From: an uncultured Ruficoccus sp.
GTDB lineage: Bacteria > Verrucomicrobiota > Verrucomicrobiia > Opitutales > Cerasicoccaceae
DNA length: 64,000 nucleotides
Assembly: GCA_965140785.1 (NCBI GenBank)
Contig: OZ223519.1
Span: 160,001 to 224,000 of the forward strand
Direction: 5' to 3'
Within the stretch, counting starts at the first letter, position 1; each line of letters opens with the position of its first letter. The notes beneath the pieces were generated by a model. That model was not told the DNA's origin. It saw nothing but the letters and a program-made list of their open reading frames with translations, and made no database searches. Shown one piece after another: positions 1 through 11,225 of the stretch. Both the position numbers and the translations under genes were made by a program.

Positions 1-894
<894 letters not shown>

Positions 895-921
895 GCGGGG
901 GGACAAGCCCTGAAGCGTGAC

Positions 922-1545
922 TTAGCGGCGCTTGCGTCGCAGCAGACAGGCTGTCCCAGCCAGTAGAGAGAGACCGAGGGCTACCGTCGTCGGCTCCGGG
1001 ACATTTATAACACTGATGGTGCCTGCTTGCGTGATTTCGGTGGTGTCGCCGTCGGCAGGCCCCTCTATCTGTAGCAGATAGAGGGCGACATTATCCAGGC
1101 CTTCCATAAACTGCTGCCTGTATTGGGAGGCCGAGGCGTAACTGCCCGTGACGTTGGGATTGCCCGAGACGCTGAGGGTGCCGGAGCCAAATCCAAAGAG
1201 CGGCGTCCCGCTCAGCTGCATGATCGTGGTGTAGAGGGTGTAGTCCACCTCATTGACGAGGAGGGAACCGTCGTCATAGATTTCCAACTCCCCAAAACCT
1301 CCAAAGCCGGTATAACCCACATTCAGGCCATTGACGATGTCGAACGTAGATTCGTTGCCTAAGAATGGCCCGATCGAGATGGCGAAAGTGTAATCTTCCA
1401 TCTTATCCAGGTTATCGACCTCCATATCGTTGGCGCTGCCACTCCAGTAGAAGGTCTTGTCGGCGGCGTCAATGGTCAGTGTCAGCAAGCCGTGGGCTCC
1501 CTGGCTGATCACGCAGAACAAAAGGGCGAGAAAGAGAGATTTCAT
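922..1545 (-). CDS. PEP-CTERM sorting-domain surface protein (207 aa)
   Basis: Signal peptide MKSLFLALLFCVISQGAHG; C-terminal VPEP, hydrophobic helix and RRKRR. Confidence 0.88.
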   Translation of the reverse strand: MKSLFLALLFCVISQGAHGLLTLTIDAADKTFYWSGSANDMEVDNLDKMEDYTFAISIGPFLGNESTFDIVNGLNVGYTGFGGFGELEIYDDGSLLVNEVDYTLYTTIMQLSGTPLFGFGSGTLSVSGNPNVTGSYASASQYRQQFMEGLDNVALYLLQIEGPADGDTTEITQAGTISVINVPEPTTVALGLSLLAGTACLLRRKRR

Positions 1546-1719
1546 GGGTTTGAATTGAACTGTGATGTTGTCTGATGAACAAAATAAACCGGTGCACAAC
1601 CCACGCGGGGGCAGCGAAAGTGCTCTACACGATGGCCTGTATGATTGGCAATCGGGAAGTGTCAACCCTTGCTGTCGCCCCCCGCAGGCGCGGCGAGTTC
1701 TTTCTCTGCCTCTCCGCGA

Positions 1720-3057
1720 TCAGGCCGGGGCCGAGGCGTGATTCGGGCGACGACGGCCTTTGCGGTCGGTGTGCTTCCTATTGCGCTTGGGCTTGGAGGA
1801 ACGGTTGTCGTTGCGGAAGCCCCGTCCGCGCTGGCCCGGGCGACCGGAGGACTGGCGGTCTTCACGGCGTTTGCTGGGGTTGCGGTAGCGGATGGCCACC
1901 GGCTCAGCGTGAAAGGGCTGCTCCGAATCCTCCGGGATGCTCTGGCCGATCAGACGCTCGATAGCCATGAGCAGACCGAGCTCTTCACCGCTGCACAGGG
2001 AGACGGCCAGGCCGCTGGCGCCGGCGCGGGCGGTGCGCCCGATGCGGTGTACGTAGCTGTCCGGCTCCATCGGCATGTCGTAGTTGACGACCAGGGTGAT
2101 GTCCTTGACATCGATCCCTCGGGCGGCCACGTCGGTGGCTACGAGCACGCCGATCTCGCCGTTACGGAAGCGGCCCAGCGCCTTCTGGCGGGCGGCCTGG
2201 GTCTTGTTGCCGTGAATGGCGTCCGCCGGGATGCCGTCGCGGGTCAGCTGTGTCGCCAGGCGGTTGGCTCCGTGCTTGGTCTTGGTAAAGATAAGGCGCA
2301 GCTCGGCCGGGTTGCCGTCGGCGTGCTCATTCAGCAGGTGGGTAAGCAGGGCGCGCTTGTTGGCGTGTTCCACGAAGTGCATCCGTTGCTCGACCTTTTC
2401 CGCCGTGGTGGCGGCGGGGGCGATGCGGATCTGCTGCGGGTTTCTCAGCAGGCGCGAGGCCAGCTCGGCGATTTCCTTGGCCATGGTGGCGGAGAACATC
2501 AGCGTCTGGCGCTCCTGCGGCAGCTCCTTGGCGATGCGGCGGATGTCATGGATGAAGCCCATGTCCATCATGTGGTCGGCCTCGTCGAGGACAAAGGTTT
2601 CCACCTCGGAGAGGTCCATGCATCCCTGCTGGTAAAGGTCGAGCAGGCGGCCGGGCGTGGCCACGAGCACGTCGAGGCCTTCCTTGAGGGCGCGCCGCTG
2701 CGGGCTCTGGGCGACGCCGCCATAGGCGAGGCTGACACTCACGCGCATGTACTTGCCATAGGTGCGGAAGCTGTCGGCGATCTGCACGGCCAGCTCGCGG
2801 GTGGGGGCGAGGACCAGCGTGCGCACTTCACGCGGCTTGGGCTTGCGGCGGTCATTGTGCAGGTGCTGCAGGATGGGCAGTGCGAAGGCGGCGGTCTTGC
2901 CGGTGCCAGTTTGGGCGCAGGCGAGCAGGTCGTGGCCTTCCAGCAGCACGGGGATGGCCTGGGCCTGAATCGGCGAGGGCGTGGTGTAGCCTTTTTCGGT
3001 CAACGCACGCTGAAGCGGCGCCGCCAAGGGAAGATCCTTGAAGGAATAATCGGTCAT
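1720..3057 (-). CDS. rhlE: DEAD-box ATP-dependent RNA helicase, RhlE-like
   Basis: Q motif [50 protein letters not shown]; basic C-terminal tail; start taken at MTDYSF. Confidence 0.9.
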   Translation of the reverse strand: MTDYSFKDLPLAAPLQRALTEKGYTTPSPIQAQAIPVLLEGHDLLACAQTGTGKTAAFALPILQHLHNDRRKPKPREVRTLVLAPTRELAVQIADSFRTYGKYMRVSVSLAYGGVAQSPQRRALKEGLDVLVATPGRLLDLYQQGCMDLSEVETFVLDEADHMMDMGFIHDIRRIAKELPQERQTLMFSATMAKEIAELASRLLRNPQQIRIAPAATTAEKVEQRMHFVEHANKRALLTHLLNEHADGNPAELRLIFTKTKHGANRLATQLTRDGIPADAIHGNKTQAARQKALGRFRNGEIGVLVATDVAARGIDVKDITLVVNYDMPMEPDSYVHRIGRTARAGASGLAVSLCSGEELGLLMAIERLIGQSIPEDSEQPFHAEPVAIRYRNPSKRREDRQSSGRPGQRGRGFRNDNRSSKPKRNRKHTDRKGRRRPNHASAPA

Positions 3058-3263
3058 AATCTGTGTGGGCCAGCTTTTAGCCGCTGCGCCATGGGCTCGA
3101 TGAGGATTGCTTGTTGTTGCCCGAAACCAATCGCTCACCGTCTAGACCGAATCAGGGAAGGCGCGCCCGTGAGAGTTTAAACAAACCGGCCCGCCGTAAA
3201 TGTGAAGGCGGATAGGCATCGTATTTCTGGGCATTTGGCAAGCTAATAATTTTCAGCGACTTC
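2891..3263 (-). repeat. Copy 1 of a ~370-bp diverged direct repeat (helicase leader plus first ~56 codons)
   Basis: Aligns by eye to 7687-8049. Confidence 0.9.
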
Positions 3264-3308
3264 GAGCACCGGCATAAAAGTGGCCGGGCTGGTCTCCATC
3301 TTTGGCAT

Positions 3309-3342
3309 AAAAGCCCCGGCTGCGCGTGGCGAGCCGGGGCTT
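3309..3342 (-). terminator. Intrinsic terminator of the large PEP-CTERM gene
   Basis: AAGCCCCGGCT...AGCCGGGGCTT stem followed by a U run on the minus strand. Confidence 0.7.
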
Positions 3343-3372
3343 GGGTGACGTCGGAAGGTGTTCTGTCCGCGA

Positions 3373-6300
3373 TTAGCAGATATTGCGGGTGCGCCGGCGT
3401 CGCCAGACGACAACCGCAGCTCCGAGCGCCAGGAACAGCGCGGTGACGGAGGGCTCCGGTACCGCCGTGAAGTTGAGGTACACGTCGTCGCCCTGTAGCG
3501 TCACGGCGAAGCTGCCAACGCCCGCGGTGAAGTCATTGCCGAAGGCGTCTTGCGAGGCTTCGATATCACTGAAGACGAGCAGGTCCACGTCGGGGGTCAT
3601 CACGTTGTCGAAGATGAGCCAGGACTGGTTGGTGTCCCAAAACGCATCGGTGAAGTTGACGATGGAGGAGGCGCCGTCGAACGACAGATAGAGCGTCGCC
3701 GACGGGTCGATGGTCAGGAGGCCGCCGGTCACATCCACCCCGTCGAAGTTTGTGCCGCGGGCGCTGGTGCTGTTGGCAACGAACTCGATCTCGACCGTGG
3801 AATTTTCGGCCAGGGTCAACCCATTGGTGAAGGTCAGCACGCCGGGTGAATTACCGGGGGCGAGCAGGCCGTTGACCGTGGTTGCGGCATTGATGATGCC
3901 GGTGCCCATGAGCTGGGCCCCGCTGTTGATCACGAGTGTGCCGCCGAGTGAACCGTTGACCGCGAGTATTCCTTGGTTGATGGAAAACTCGCCGGTGTTG
4001 GTGCTGTTGCCGGTGAGGGTGAGATTCCCGAGGCCGGTTTTGACGAGCTTGCCGGAGCCGGTGAAGCCGCCCGCGAAGCTGGCGTTGAAGCCGTTGGTGT
4101 CGATGGTCGATGTCGTGGCGGTGCGCAGTTCCGGGTTGATACCGGAGGTGACGCTGAGATTGCTATCAATTACACGCAGGGTACCGCCGCCGAAGCGGAA
4201 GTTCGCCTCACCGCTGTTACCGGCTTGGATCCGGTTGTTGCCACCGGCTTCGAGGACGCCTCCGTCGAGGTTATAGGTGCCGGTGCCGCGCTGGCCGATG
4301 ATGAGGTTGCCACCGTCACGGATCGAAACCGTGCCGCCGGTCTGGTTGACGGTGCCCGAGCCGGTCAAGGGCTCGGTATCCTGAACCCCGCCCAGGAGCA
4401 GGTCCGTCCCCTCGGTGAAGATGAGGTCGCCACCACTCATGTTGAGCGTGCCATTACCCGTGCCCCAGCTGCCGGAGCGGCCAAGCGCCATGCCGTTGTC
4501 ACCGCTGATATTGATCGTGCCCGCGATCAGGTTATACACACCGGTGGCCTGATTGCCGATGTGGAAAACACCTTTGTCGGAGAGCTTGTTGACCGTACCG
4601 CCTGTCTGGTTGACCGTGCCGGTGCCAGTCGTGCCAAAGGCACCGACATACATATCCGAACGGATCGTGCCATCAGTTGCGTCCCCCAGGTTGAGGACGC
4701 CGCCGTCAATCTTGAGGACACCGGTATTGGCTCCGCTGTCCTGACTGCCCACGAGGACATCCGAACCGTCGGTGAGGTTCAGGTTGATCGTGCCGTCGGT
4801 GAGGGTGAAGGTCCCGTCGGCCACGCTGAGAACGGAAGGCTCGGCCCCGACCAGCAGGCGGGCCAGGTTCGTTGTGCCCGAGACGTGCTCGATCTCGCCC
4901 TGCTCGACGGCGAGCGCGACAAAGCTCCGGTCCGCGGTGCTCAGGCCGAGGGTGCCGGTGCCCGTCTTGACGAGCCAGCCGTCGCCGTTGATCCCGCCCG
5001 AGAGGGCCGCGTCAAAGCCGTTCGTATCGATGACCGACGGTGTAAAGGCCGGGTAGATGTCGTTATTGACCAGCGTGAAGTCCATCGCGCTGGTCAGGTC
5101 GCTCTCGATGACCTTCATCGTGCCGCCTCCGAGGGTGAAGATGCTGATGCCCGTTCCGGTACGGATGCCGTTGGTACCGCCGATTTCGAGCGTCCCGTCG
5201 TTAAGTGTGTAGGAGCCCGCGCCGGAGCCGAACTTCAGGTAACCGCCATTGGTGATCGAGACGGTACCGCCGGTCTGGGTGATACTGCCGGTGGAGGAGG
5301 TACCGGTGGCGACCGCGACGTTACCGCCGAAGTTCGCGGTCCCTCCGCTCATGTTATATTCGCCGTCACCATTGTAACCGATGGTGGTCGCCGTGTTGGT
5401 GGCGGTAAGCGTGCCGCCGCTTTGGTTGAGCACGCCGGTGGCACCATCAGCGGAGCCAAAGCGCAGGCTGACGGTGTCAAAGGTCAGGTCACCGTCTTGG
5501 AGTTTGTAAGTGCCGATGCCGCCGGAGGTGGTGCCGAACCAGGCCGCGCGGCCCGAGGTGTCGCCCCGGAACTCGACCACGGTACCGGAGCCGATTTGGT
5601 TGATCGTGCCTTGGCCACCTTCACCGATAAAGGATTGCGTGTCCACCTCCTGGATGAATTGGGCGTCATCATAGAGGTTCATGATACCGACACCCCCGGT
5701 GGTTTCGCCGAGGTAGAAGCTGGAGCCGTCCCCCCCGAGGATGAGTTGGGCGTCATTGCGGAGGTTGTAGGTGCCGGAACCGCCGACTACGCCGATCTGC
5801 AACGCCGCGGTGGTCTCGAAATCAACAGTGCCGCCGGTCTGGTTGACAACCCCGGTGGATCCGGTGCCCCAGCCGACGTCGTAGGTGACGTACTGACCCG
5901 TGGCGTACTGGGCACTGGTGATGAGGCCGTCGCTCATGTTGAGCGTGCCGGTGCCGTCGTCCATACCGACTTCCAGGCGGGCGAGGTCGCCGTTGAGCCC
6001 GAGGGTGAGCATGCCGCCGTTAACGTTCAAGACGCCGGTGGAGTCACGACCGACAAAAAGCTGGGAGTAGCCGCTGCCGTTACCGATCAGTTCCAGGCTG
6101 GAGCCGCTCTCAAGCGTCAGGGTGGCAACATTGCCGGACTCCTCGCCGCCGACGAAGACGTCCGGGCTGACGCCATCCTGGGCGACGGTTACGTCGGCCC
6201 CGTCTTGCAGGGTGAGGTCGCCGTCTTCGGCCACAATAATGCCGTAGCGGCCGCCGTAGGTGGGATTGTCCTCGCTGCCGCCGGTGAGGATGGCAGTTGT

Positions 6301-7506
6301 GGAGACATTCGTGTCGCCCCAGGTTTCGATGGCGGCGGCCTGGATCGCGCCGACGCCGGTCAGGTTCATCGTGGCGTCATTTTCCGTGAACAGGTAGCCG
6401 TCGTCATTGAGCGTGAGGGTAGCGCCGGTGGCAACGTCCAGGGTGACGTCGCCGTTGAGGACACCGATGCTGCGGGCGTCGGTGTCAGCGTTGACAGCAG
6501 TGGTAAAGGTAGCCGCATCGGTAAAGACGACGTTCTGCGTGGGGGAGGGGCCTTCGTCGTCGCTCCAGTTGGTGGCGAGGGCGAAGGCCTGAGTGCCGGA
6601 GGTGGCGCCGTCCCAGGTTGAAGCGTCCACGAAGTCGATGACGTCCCCGCTATTGAGGAAATTGACCGCAGCCCAGTCGAGGGTACTGGAGGCCTCTTCG
6701 CCGCCGGACCCGACCCCAAACTGCATGTTCGAGACAGTGCCGCCGGAAATGATGTCGCCGAGCGTGCCCTTACCGTTGAGCACAATGTCGCTCTCCATGA
6801 TCTCTTCCAGGGAGTTGAAGGTGCCCAATGCACCAGAGCCGTAGAAAGCGTTTCCGGCCTGAGCATACACGTACCAGATATTTTCGCCGGTGCCACTGTA
6901 GCTGTAGTTTTCGGTGTAGGACTCGCCCGCCTGGTCGGCGTTCTGATTCCACCCGACGATGATGAGATCCCAACTGCCTTCCCCGGAACGGCTGGCGCTA
7001 TAGCCCTGCTGCGACTCGTCGGTTCCGGTGCCCCAGAGGGAGCTTTGGATGCCGATCTTCAGCGACGGAGGCGAGTAAGACGAGGGGCTGCTCCTGGACA
7101 CAACCGAATAGCCAAAGGTCGCCTCGAAATCCGTGTTGAGCAAGGCGGACACTGCCCCGAAACCGGTCGGGCTGTTGAGCAGGCTGATCGTGCTCTTGGA
7201 GGACGGTCCGCTTTGGTCGAGAAAGACGCCGCCCAGATTACCACGTGTTCCGTAGGTGTTTCCCCAGTATATCTGGTTTTCCACTGCGCTTGGGGCGTTG
7301 GTGGCCTCGGCAGCAGGCGCGTGAGTATCATCGGTGATGATGTTCGTGTTATTGAAACGTACATCGTCGGGTTGCCACCCGTTACCGGGGGAGCCATCAC
7401 CGAAGCTGGTGATCGCCGCGTTGTCTGCATAGGCGTCCCGGGGAATGCCTATCCCCAGGAGGGTAGACAGTAAGAGAGAGAGAAGTATCAGGTTCGATTT
7501 TTTCAT
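3373..7506 (-). CDS. Large PEP-CTERM protein with autotransporter-associated beta-strand (PATR-like) repeats, ~1377 aa
   Basis: Signal peptide MKKSNLILLSLLL; many GxGTxNQxGG/GxYxLxxG repeats; LVKTGxGxLxL repeats; LAPGNSPG; C-terminal VPEPS-TM-RRRR. Confidence 0.9.
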   Translation of the reverse strand: MKKSNLILLSLLLSTLLGIGIPRDAYADNAAITSFGDGSPGNGWQPDDVRFNNTNIITDDTHAPAAEATNAPSAVENQIYWGNTYGTRGNLGGVFLDQSGPSSKSTISLLNSPTGFGAVSALLNTDFEATFGYSVVSRSSPSSYSPPSLKIGIQSSLWGTGTDESQQGYSASRSGEGSWDLIIVGWNQNADQAGESYTENYSYSGTGENIWYVYAQAGNAFYGSGALGTFNSLEEIMESDIVLNGKGTLGDIISGGTVSNMQFGVGSGGEEASSTLDWAAVNFLNSGDVIDFVDASTWDGATSGTQAFALATNWSDDEGPSPTQNVVFTDAATFTTAVNADTDARSIGVLNGDVTLDVATGATLTLNDDGYLFTENDATMNLTGVGAIQAAAIETWGDTNVSTTAILTGGSEDNPTYGGRYGIIVAEDGDLTLQDGADVTVAQDGVSPDVFVGGEESGNVATLTLESGSSLELIGNGSGYSQLFVGRDSTGVLNVNGGMLTLGLNGDLARLEVGMDDGTGTLNMSDGLITSAQYATGQYVTYDVGWGTGSTGVVNQTGGTVDFETTAALQIGVVGGSGTYNLRNDAQLILGGDGSSFYLGETTGGVGIMNLYDDAQFIQEVDTQSFIGEGGQGTINQIGSGTVVEFRGDTSGRAAWFGTTSGGIGTYKLQDGDLTFDTVSLRFGSADGATGVLNQSGGTLTATNTATTIGYNGDGEYNMSGGTANFGGNVAVATGTSSTGSITQTGGTVSITNGGYLKFGSGAGSYTLNDGTLEIGGTNGIRTGTGISIFTLGGGTMKVIESDLTSAMDFTLVNNDIYPAFTPSVIDTNGFDAALSGGINGDGWLVKTGTGTLGLSTADRSFVALAVEQGEIEHVSGTTNLARLLVGAEPSVLSVADGTFTLTDGTINLNLTDGSDVLVGSQDSGANTGVLKIDGGVLNLGDATDGTIRSDMYVGAFGTTGTGTVNQTGGTVNKLSDKGVFHIGNQATGVYNLIAGTINISGDNGMALGRSGSWGTGNGTLNMSGGDLIFTEGTDLLLGGVQDTEPLTGSGTVNQTGGTVSIRDGGNLIIGQRGTGTYNLDGGVLEAGGNNRIQAGNSGEANFRFGGGTLRVIDSNLSVTSGINPELRTATTSTIDTNGFNASFAGGFTGSGKLVKTGLGNLTLTGNSTNTGEFSINQGILAVNGSLGGTLVINSGAQLMGTGIINAATTVNGLLAPGNSPGVLTFTNGLTLAENSTVEIEFVANSTSARGTNFDGVDVTGGLLTIDPSATLYLSFDGASSIVNFTDAFWDTNQSWLIFDNVMTPDVDLLVFSDIEASQDAFGNDFTAGVGSFAVTLQGDDVYLNFTAVPEPSVTALFLALGAAVVVWRRRRTRNIC

Positions 7507-7619
7507 GTTGAGCACACGTGGTTTCAGCGATTTTTTGGTTCAGGCTACCTAATATTTTCTCTTCAGCTACTGAAGCTCCATTGTCTAAATAGGTATTGAT
7601 AGATATACTTATAAATTTA

Positions 7620-8049
<430 letters not shown>

Positions 8050-8183
8050 GCCGTCGGGCGAGGCGGAAGAAGGGGTAGTTCCTCCCCGCGGGTCGATTGC
8101 GTCTCCCCCCTGTCTTTGCCGACAAGCCGTCCGCGTGGGTACGACAGATCCTTGCCCCGTTCATACGGGGGCGTCAAGGGCCC

Positions 8184-10484
8184 TTAACCCCGGCGGCGGG
8201 CGCGTGCCCGGCGCCACAGGGCGAAGAGCAGAGCGCCTGCGCCAAGGAGGGCGGCGGTCGTACCCGGCTCGGGTACGGCGGAGACATCCAGTCCCAGCCA
8301 CCAGTTCTCGCCCTGGTCCTGCTGCATGACGAACTCGCCCAGCAGCCCCTCGACATCCGAGTTCAGAACAAAGCTGGCCAGCTCATTCTCGGTCAGGTCG
8401 CGCATGGTTTTGATGATGAGAATGACATCGCCGACCTCGACCGAACTGTCCATCGACACGACGGTAATGGTGCGCGAATCCACGTCGTTTTCGGTCATGA
8501 TAAGCTGCTCGCTGACAATCAACTGGTTGGGGTTGGCCGTGCTCAAGGCCAGTTCGATTGTCGTGCCCACTCCCAAGTCAAGCTTGTCGACAGTGAACTG
8601 ACCGACACCATCTTCGCCCAGGCGGATACTGCCCTCGGGGTTGAGCCCCAGGGTGGTGGTAACCCCGGTGTCGCTGGTCAGGCTGCCGTTGACGAACATT
8701 TTGCTCGACGAGTCAAAGCCCTTGGTCGTCACCAGATCGCAATCGATATAGAGCGAGCCGCTCTGAAAATTGGCTCCCGTGGTCAGTGTCTGGTTGCCGC
8801 CGATGAACTTGACGGTCCCGTTTTCCTGGATGTTGATATAGCCATTGGTCTCTGCGCTGCGGTTAAACTCGATGGTGGCTCCGCCGTAAACGACATACTC
8901 GGAACTCGTATCGGTGCCGGTGAACCGCAGCGTCCCCTCCTCGACCTGCGTCAAGCCCGAGTAGGTGTTCGACCCGGAAACGACCAGGGTGCCGGCTCCT
9001 GTCTTGACCAACCCGCCCCGGGCATCGCCGGTCGGGTCGCTCGTGTTGGCGTTCTCGGTGGTCGTCACGCCGGCCCCGCCGAGTCCGGAAACCGTCACCT
9101 CGCTGCTGGCAATTTCGAAGGTAACGTCCGAGCCGAAAAAGATATTCTCGCCCACGCCCAGGCCGTTGCCGCCCGACTGGGTTTCATCCTGGCTGATTCC
9201 GCCCTGGCCGCCGGTGGCTGAGTTGCCCGAAAAGGAGGCCCCTTCGACGATGAGCGTGGCACCGTTCTGGACATAGACCGCACCGCCCGCGCCCATGCCG
9301 CCGCCCCCGTAGGAAGCACCGTCTTCACCGACTTGGTCGGAGGCGTTGCCGGCGCCGAAGCCGCCCGTTCCGGGCGTGACCGTTTGGCCTCCGCCATTGT
9401 AAGAGCCGCCCCCACCGCCCCCGAAGCCGCCGTTGGAGCCGGCGGAATCTCCATCGTCGTTGTTTTGAGTGCCGCCACCGCCGCCATAGCCGCCAACGCC
9501 GCCTAGACCGTTGTTGCTGCCGCCGCCGCCGCCGCCGCCAAAGCCACCGTTACCGCCGACATTCGCTTCAAACCCGTTATCAGTCCCGTCTTCGCCGCCT
9601 ACGCCGCCGCCACCACCGCTGCTGCTGAAACTCGTTAACAAGTTCGGGTTGGAGAGCCCGCCTCCACCGCCGTCGGCCCCACCGATTCCTTTTCCACCAT
9701 CAGCTCCGCCGCCATCTCCACCGCTGTCAGCTCCCAGCATGCTCCCTTGACCGGCTTCGCCGTCGTTGGTGTAGAAATCGCCGCCTTGGGCATTGATACC
9801 GAATCCGCCGCCTCCGCCAGCGTTGTACACGTACGATCCAACTTGCGAATCTTGAAAGTAGTTGCCTATGCCACCATTGCCGCCCATGCCGCCGCCGCCG
9901 CTGCCGGTTCCCACGCTTTCTTGTTCTGTCGTATAGGTCCCACCATTACCGCCGATGGCTGTATTGTTACTGAAAGATACATTCGAGAGCGTGACCTGCG
10001 TCTGTGTGGTAATGTTGCTGCCGCTGATTCCCGGCCCGTTGAGAACCAGGATTGCGCCCCCGGCACCCATGCCGGCCCCGGAATAATTCACGCCGTCGCC
10101 GCCTTTGGCGTAGCCGTTCGTGATGCTGAGATCACTGAAGGTGACGTTCCCTCCAGCGACCACAAAGGCCCGGTCGCGCAGGTTGGTGTCCGTGGGGGCG
10201 ACGTCCATGGTATGGTTATTGCCATTGATCACCAGGTTGACCCCGTCCTGCAGGCTGATGAAGTTGGTCACGCTGGAGGCTGTGGCAGCATTGATGTCGG
10301 CCGTCAGGTTGATGGTGTAGCTCGTTCCGGACGTGGCAGCATTGGCCGTGGTGATGGCGTTTTGAAATTCCTCGTAGGTGCTGACGTTGACGTTCTCCCC
10401 CTCGGCCCGGACGGCCAGCCAGAGGCAGGCAATCGCAAAAGCGATCAAGGTGGATGTGTGGTGGCTGGCGATTTTAAGATTCAT
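8184..10484 (-). CDS. Glycine-rich PEP-CTERM protein with one PATR-like repeat (766 aa)
   Basis: Signal peptide; GGxGGxGGGGG low-complexity region; LVKTGAGTLVVSGSNTYSGLTQVEEGTL; C-terminal VPEP-TM-RRARARRRG. Confidence 0.9.
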   Translation of the reverse strand: MNLKIASHHTSTLIAFAIACLWLAVRAEGENVNVSTYEEFQNAITTANAATSGTSYTINLTADINAATASSVTNFISLQDGVNLVINGNNHTMDVAPTDTNLRDRAFVVAGGNVTFSDLSITNGYAKGGDGVNYSGAGMGAGGAILVLNGPGISGSNITTQTQVTLSNVSFSNNTAIGGNGGTYTTEQESVGTGSGGGGMGGNGGIGNYFQDSQVGSYVYNAGGGGGFGINAQGGDFYTNDGEAGQGSMLGADSGGDGGGADGGKGIGGADGGGGGLSNPNLLTSFSSSGGGGGVGGEDGTDNGFEANVGGNGGFGGGGGGGSNNGLGGVGGYGGGGGTQNNDDGDSAGSNGGFGGGGGGSYNGGGQTVTPGTGGFGAGNASDQVGEDGASYGGGGMGAGGAVYVQNGATLIVEGASFSGNSATGGQGGISQDETQSGGNGLGVGENIFFGSDVTFEIASSEVTVSGLGGAGVTTTENANTSDPTGDARGGLVKTGAGTLVVSGSNTYSGLTQVEEGTLRFTGTDTSSEYVVYGGATIEFNRSAETNGYINIQENGTVKFIGGNQTLTTGANFQSGSLYIDCDLVTTKGFDSSSKMFVNGSLTSDTGVTTTLGLNPEGSIRLGEDGVGQFTVDKLDLGVGTTIELALSTANPNQLIVSEQLIMTENDVDSRTITVVSMDSSVEVGDVILIIKTMRDLTENELASFVLNSDVEGLLGEFVMQQDQGENWWLGLDVSAVPEPGTTAALLGAGALLFALWRRARARRRG

Positions 10485-10943
10485 TATTGGAAGTGAGTAG
10501 GTGGAAATGGGCCATTGTGCTCTCCGGGCGGCCTCGGATAGGTTTAATCTTAATGCGTTTGTTCTGGTAGGGCCATGATGATTTTAGGTGCGATATTCGT
10601 GTATGATTAAATCGAATTTAACAATACGATAATAAACAAAACAATTAGTTGTCATTAACCCTTCTTGTGGAGTTTTTGCATAAAGAGGAGAGATGAATGT
10701 CCTCGGTCTTGACCACGAAAATTAGCCCAAATCGGGCCAAATGGACGACATGAGCTATTTTTGTCCACGCGGCCTAGGCACTGTACACAAACCTTCTCAG
10801 GTCACGTCTTCGTGTCTGTTTGGGTTTGAATTTCGTGTCCTCGGCTCGACAATTGCCAACGGCGTACCCGCCGCCACGGGGCGAAGGGTAGGGCGCGGGC
10901 GAGTGTGATCGTCGTGGCCAGTGAGAGCAGCTGTGGCCACGCG

Positions 10944-11009
10944 AAGCTGGTCAGACTCCGCACCGGCTGGCCACTCCTTCGCCACGCCTTTACTGGAAAA
11001 CGTAGCCGA
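10944..11009 (+). pseudogene. Degenerate xerD 3' remnant
   Basis: Aligns to xerD 697-761; 16-bp exact core GCCACTCCTTCGCCAC; translates HSFATPLLENVAE vs [13 protein letters not shown]. Confidence 0.75.
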
Positions 11010-11032
11010 GCGGATAAGGGCTCAATGCCTGC

Positions 11033-11140
11033 TCATCTAGGCTTGCGCTCGATGAGCCAAGTCGCGGCCCCGACCAGCAAGCCCGGTCCCGGGCCAACCG
11101 TTAACGGCTCCGGGACGTTGATGACGCTGATGGTTCCAGT
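11033..11140 (-). pseudogene. Orphan PEP-CTERM C-terminal remnant paralogous to the 922-1545 gene
   Basis: GTISVINVPEP is identical in both; the following helix is degraded by Pro/Gly; no signal peptide or body upstream. Confidence 0.8.
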
Positions 11141-11225
11141 TTCACTCTGCCTGATGAGGCTGGGCGTTTTAAGCGAAGGCATCTGGCGTCTTCTGGCCGA
11201 CGGTCTGGGCTTGTTCATTCGGTTT

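Noticed and set aside
1645..6621. Long + strand ORFs 1645-3180 and 3973-6621
   Set aside because: Antisense shadows of rhlE and the PEP-CTERM gene, expected at high GC3; no motifs
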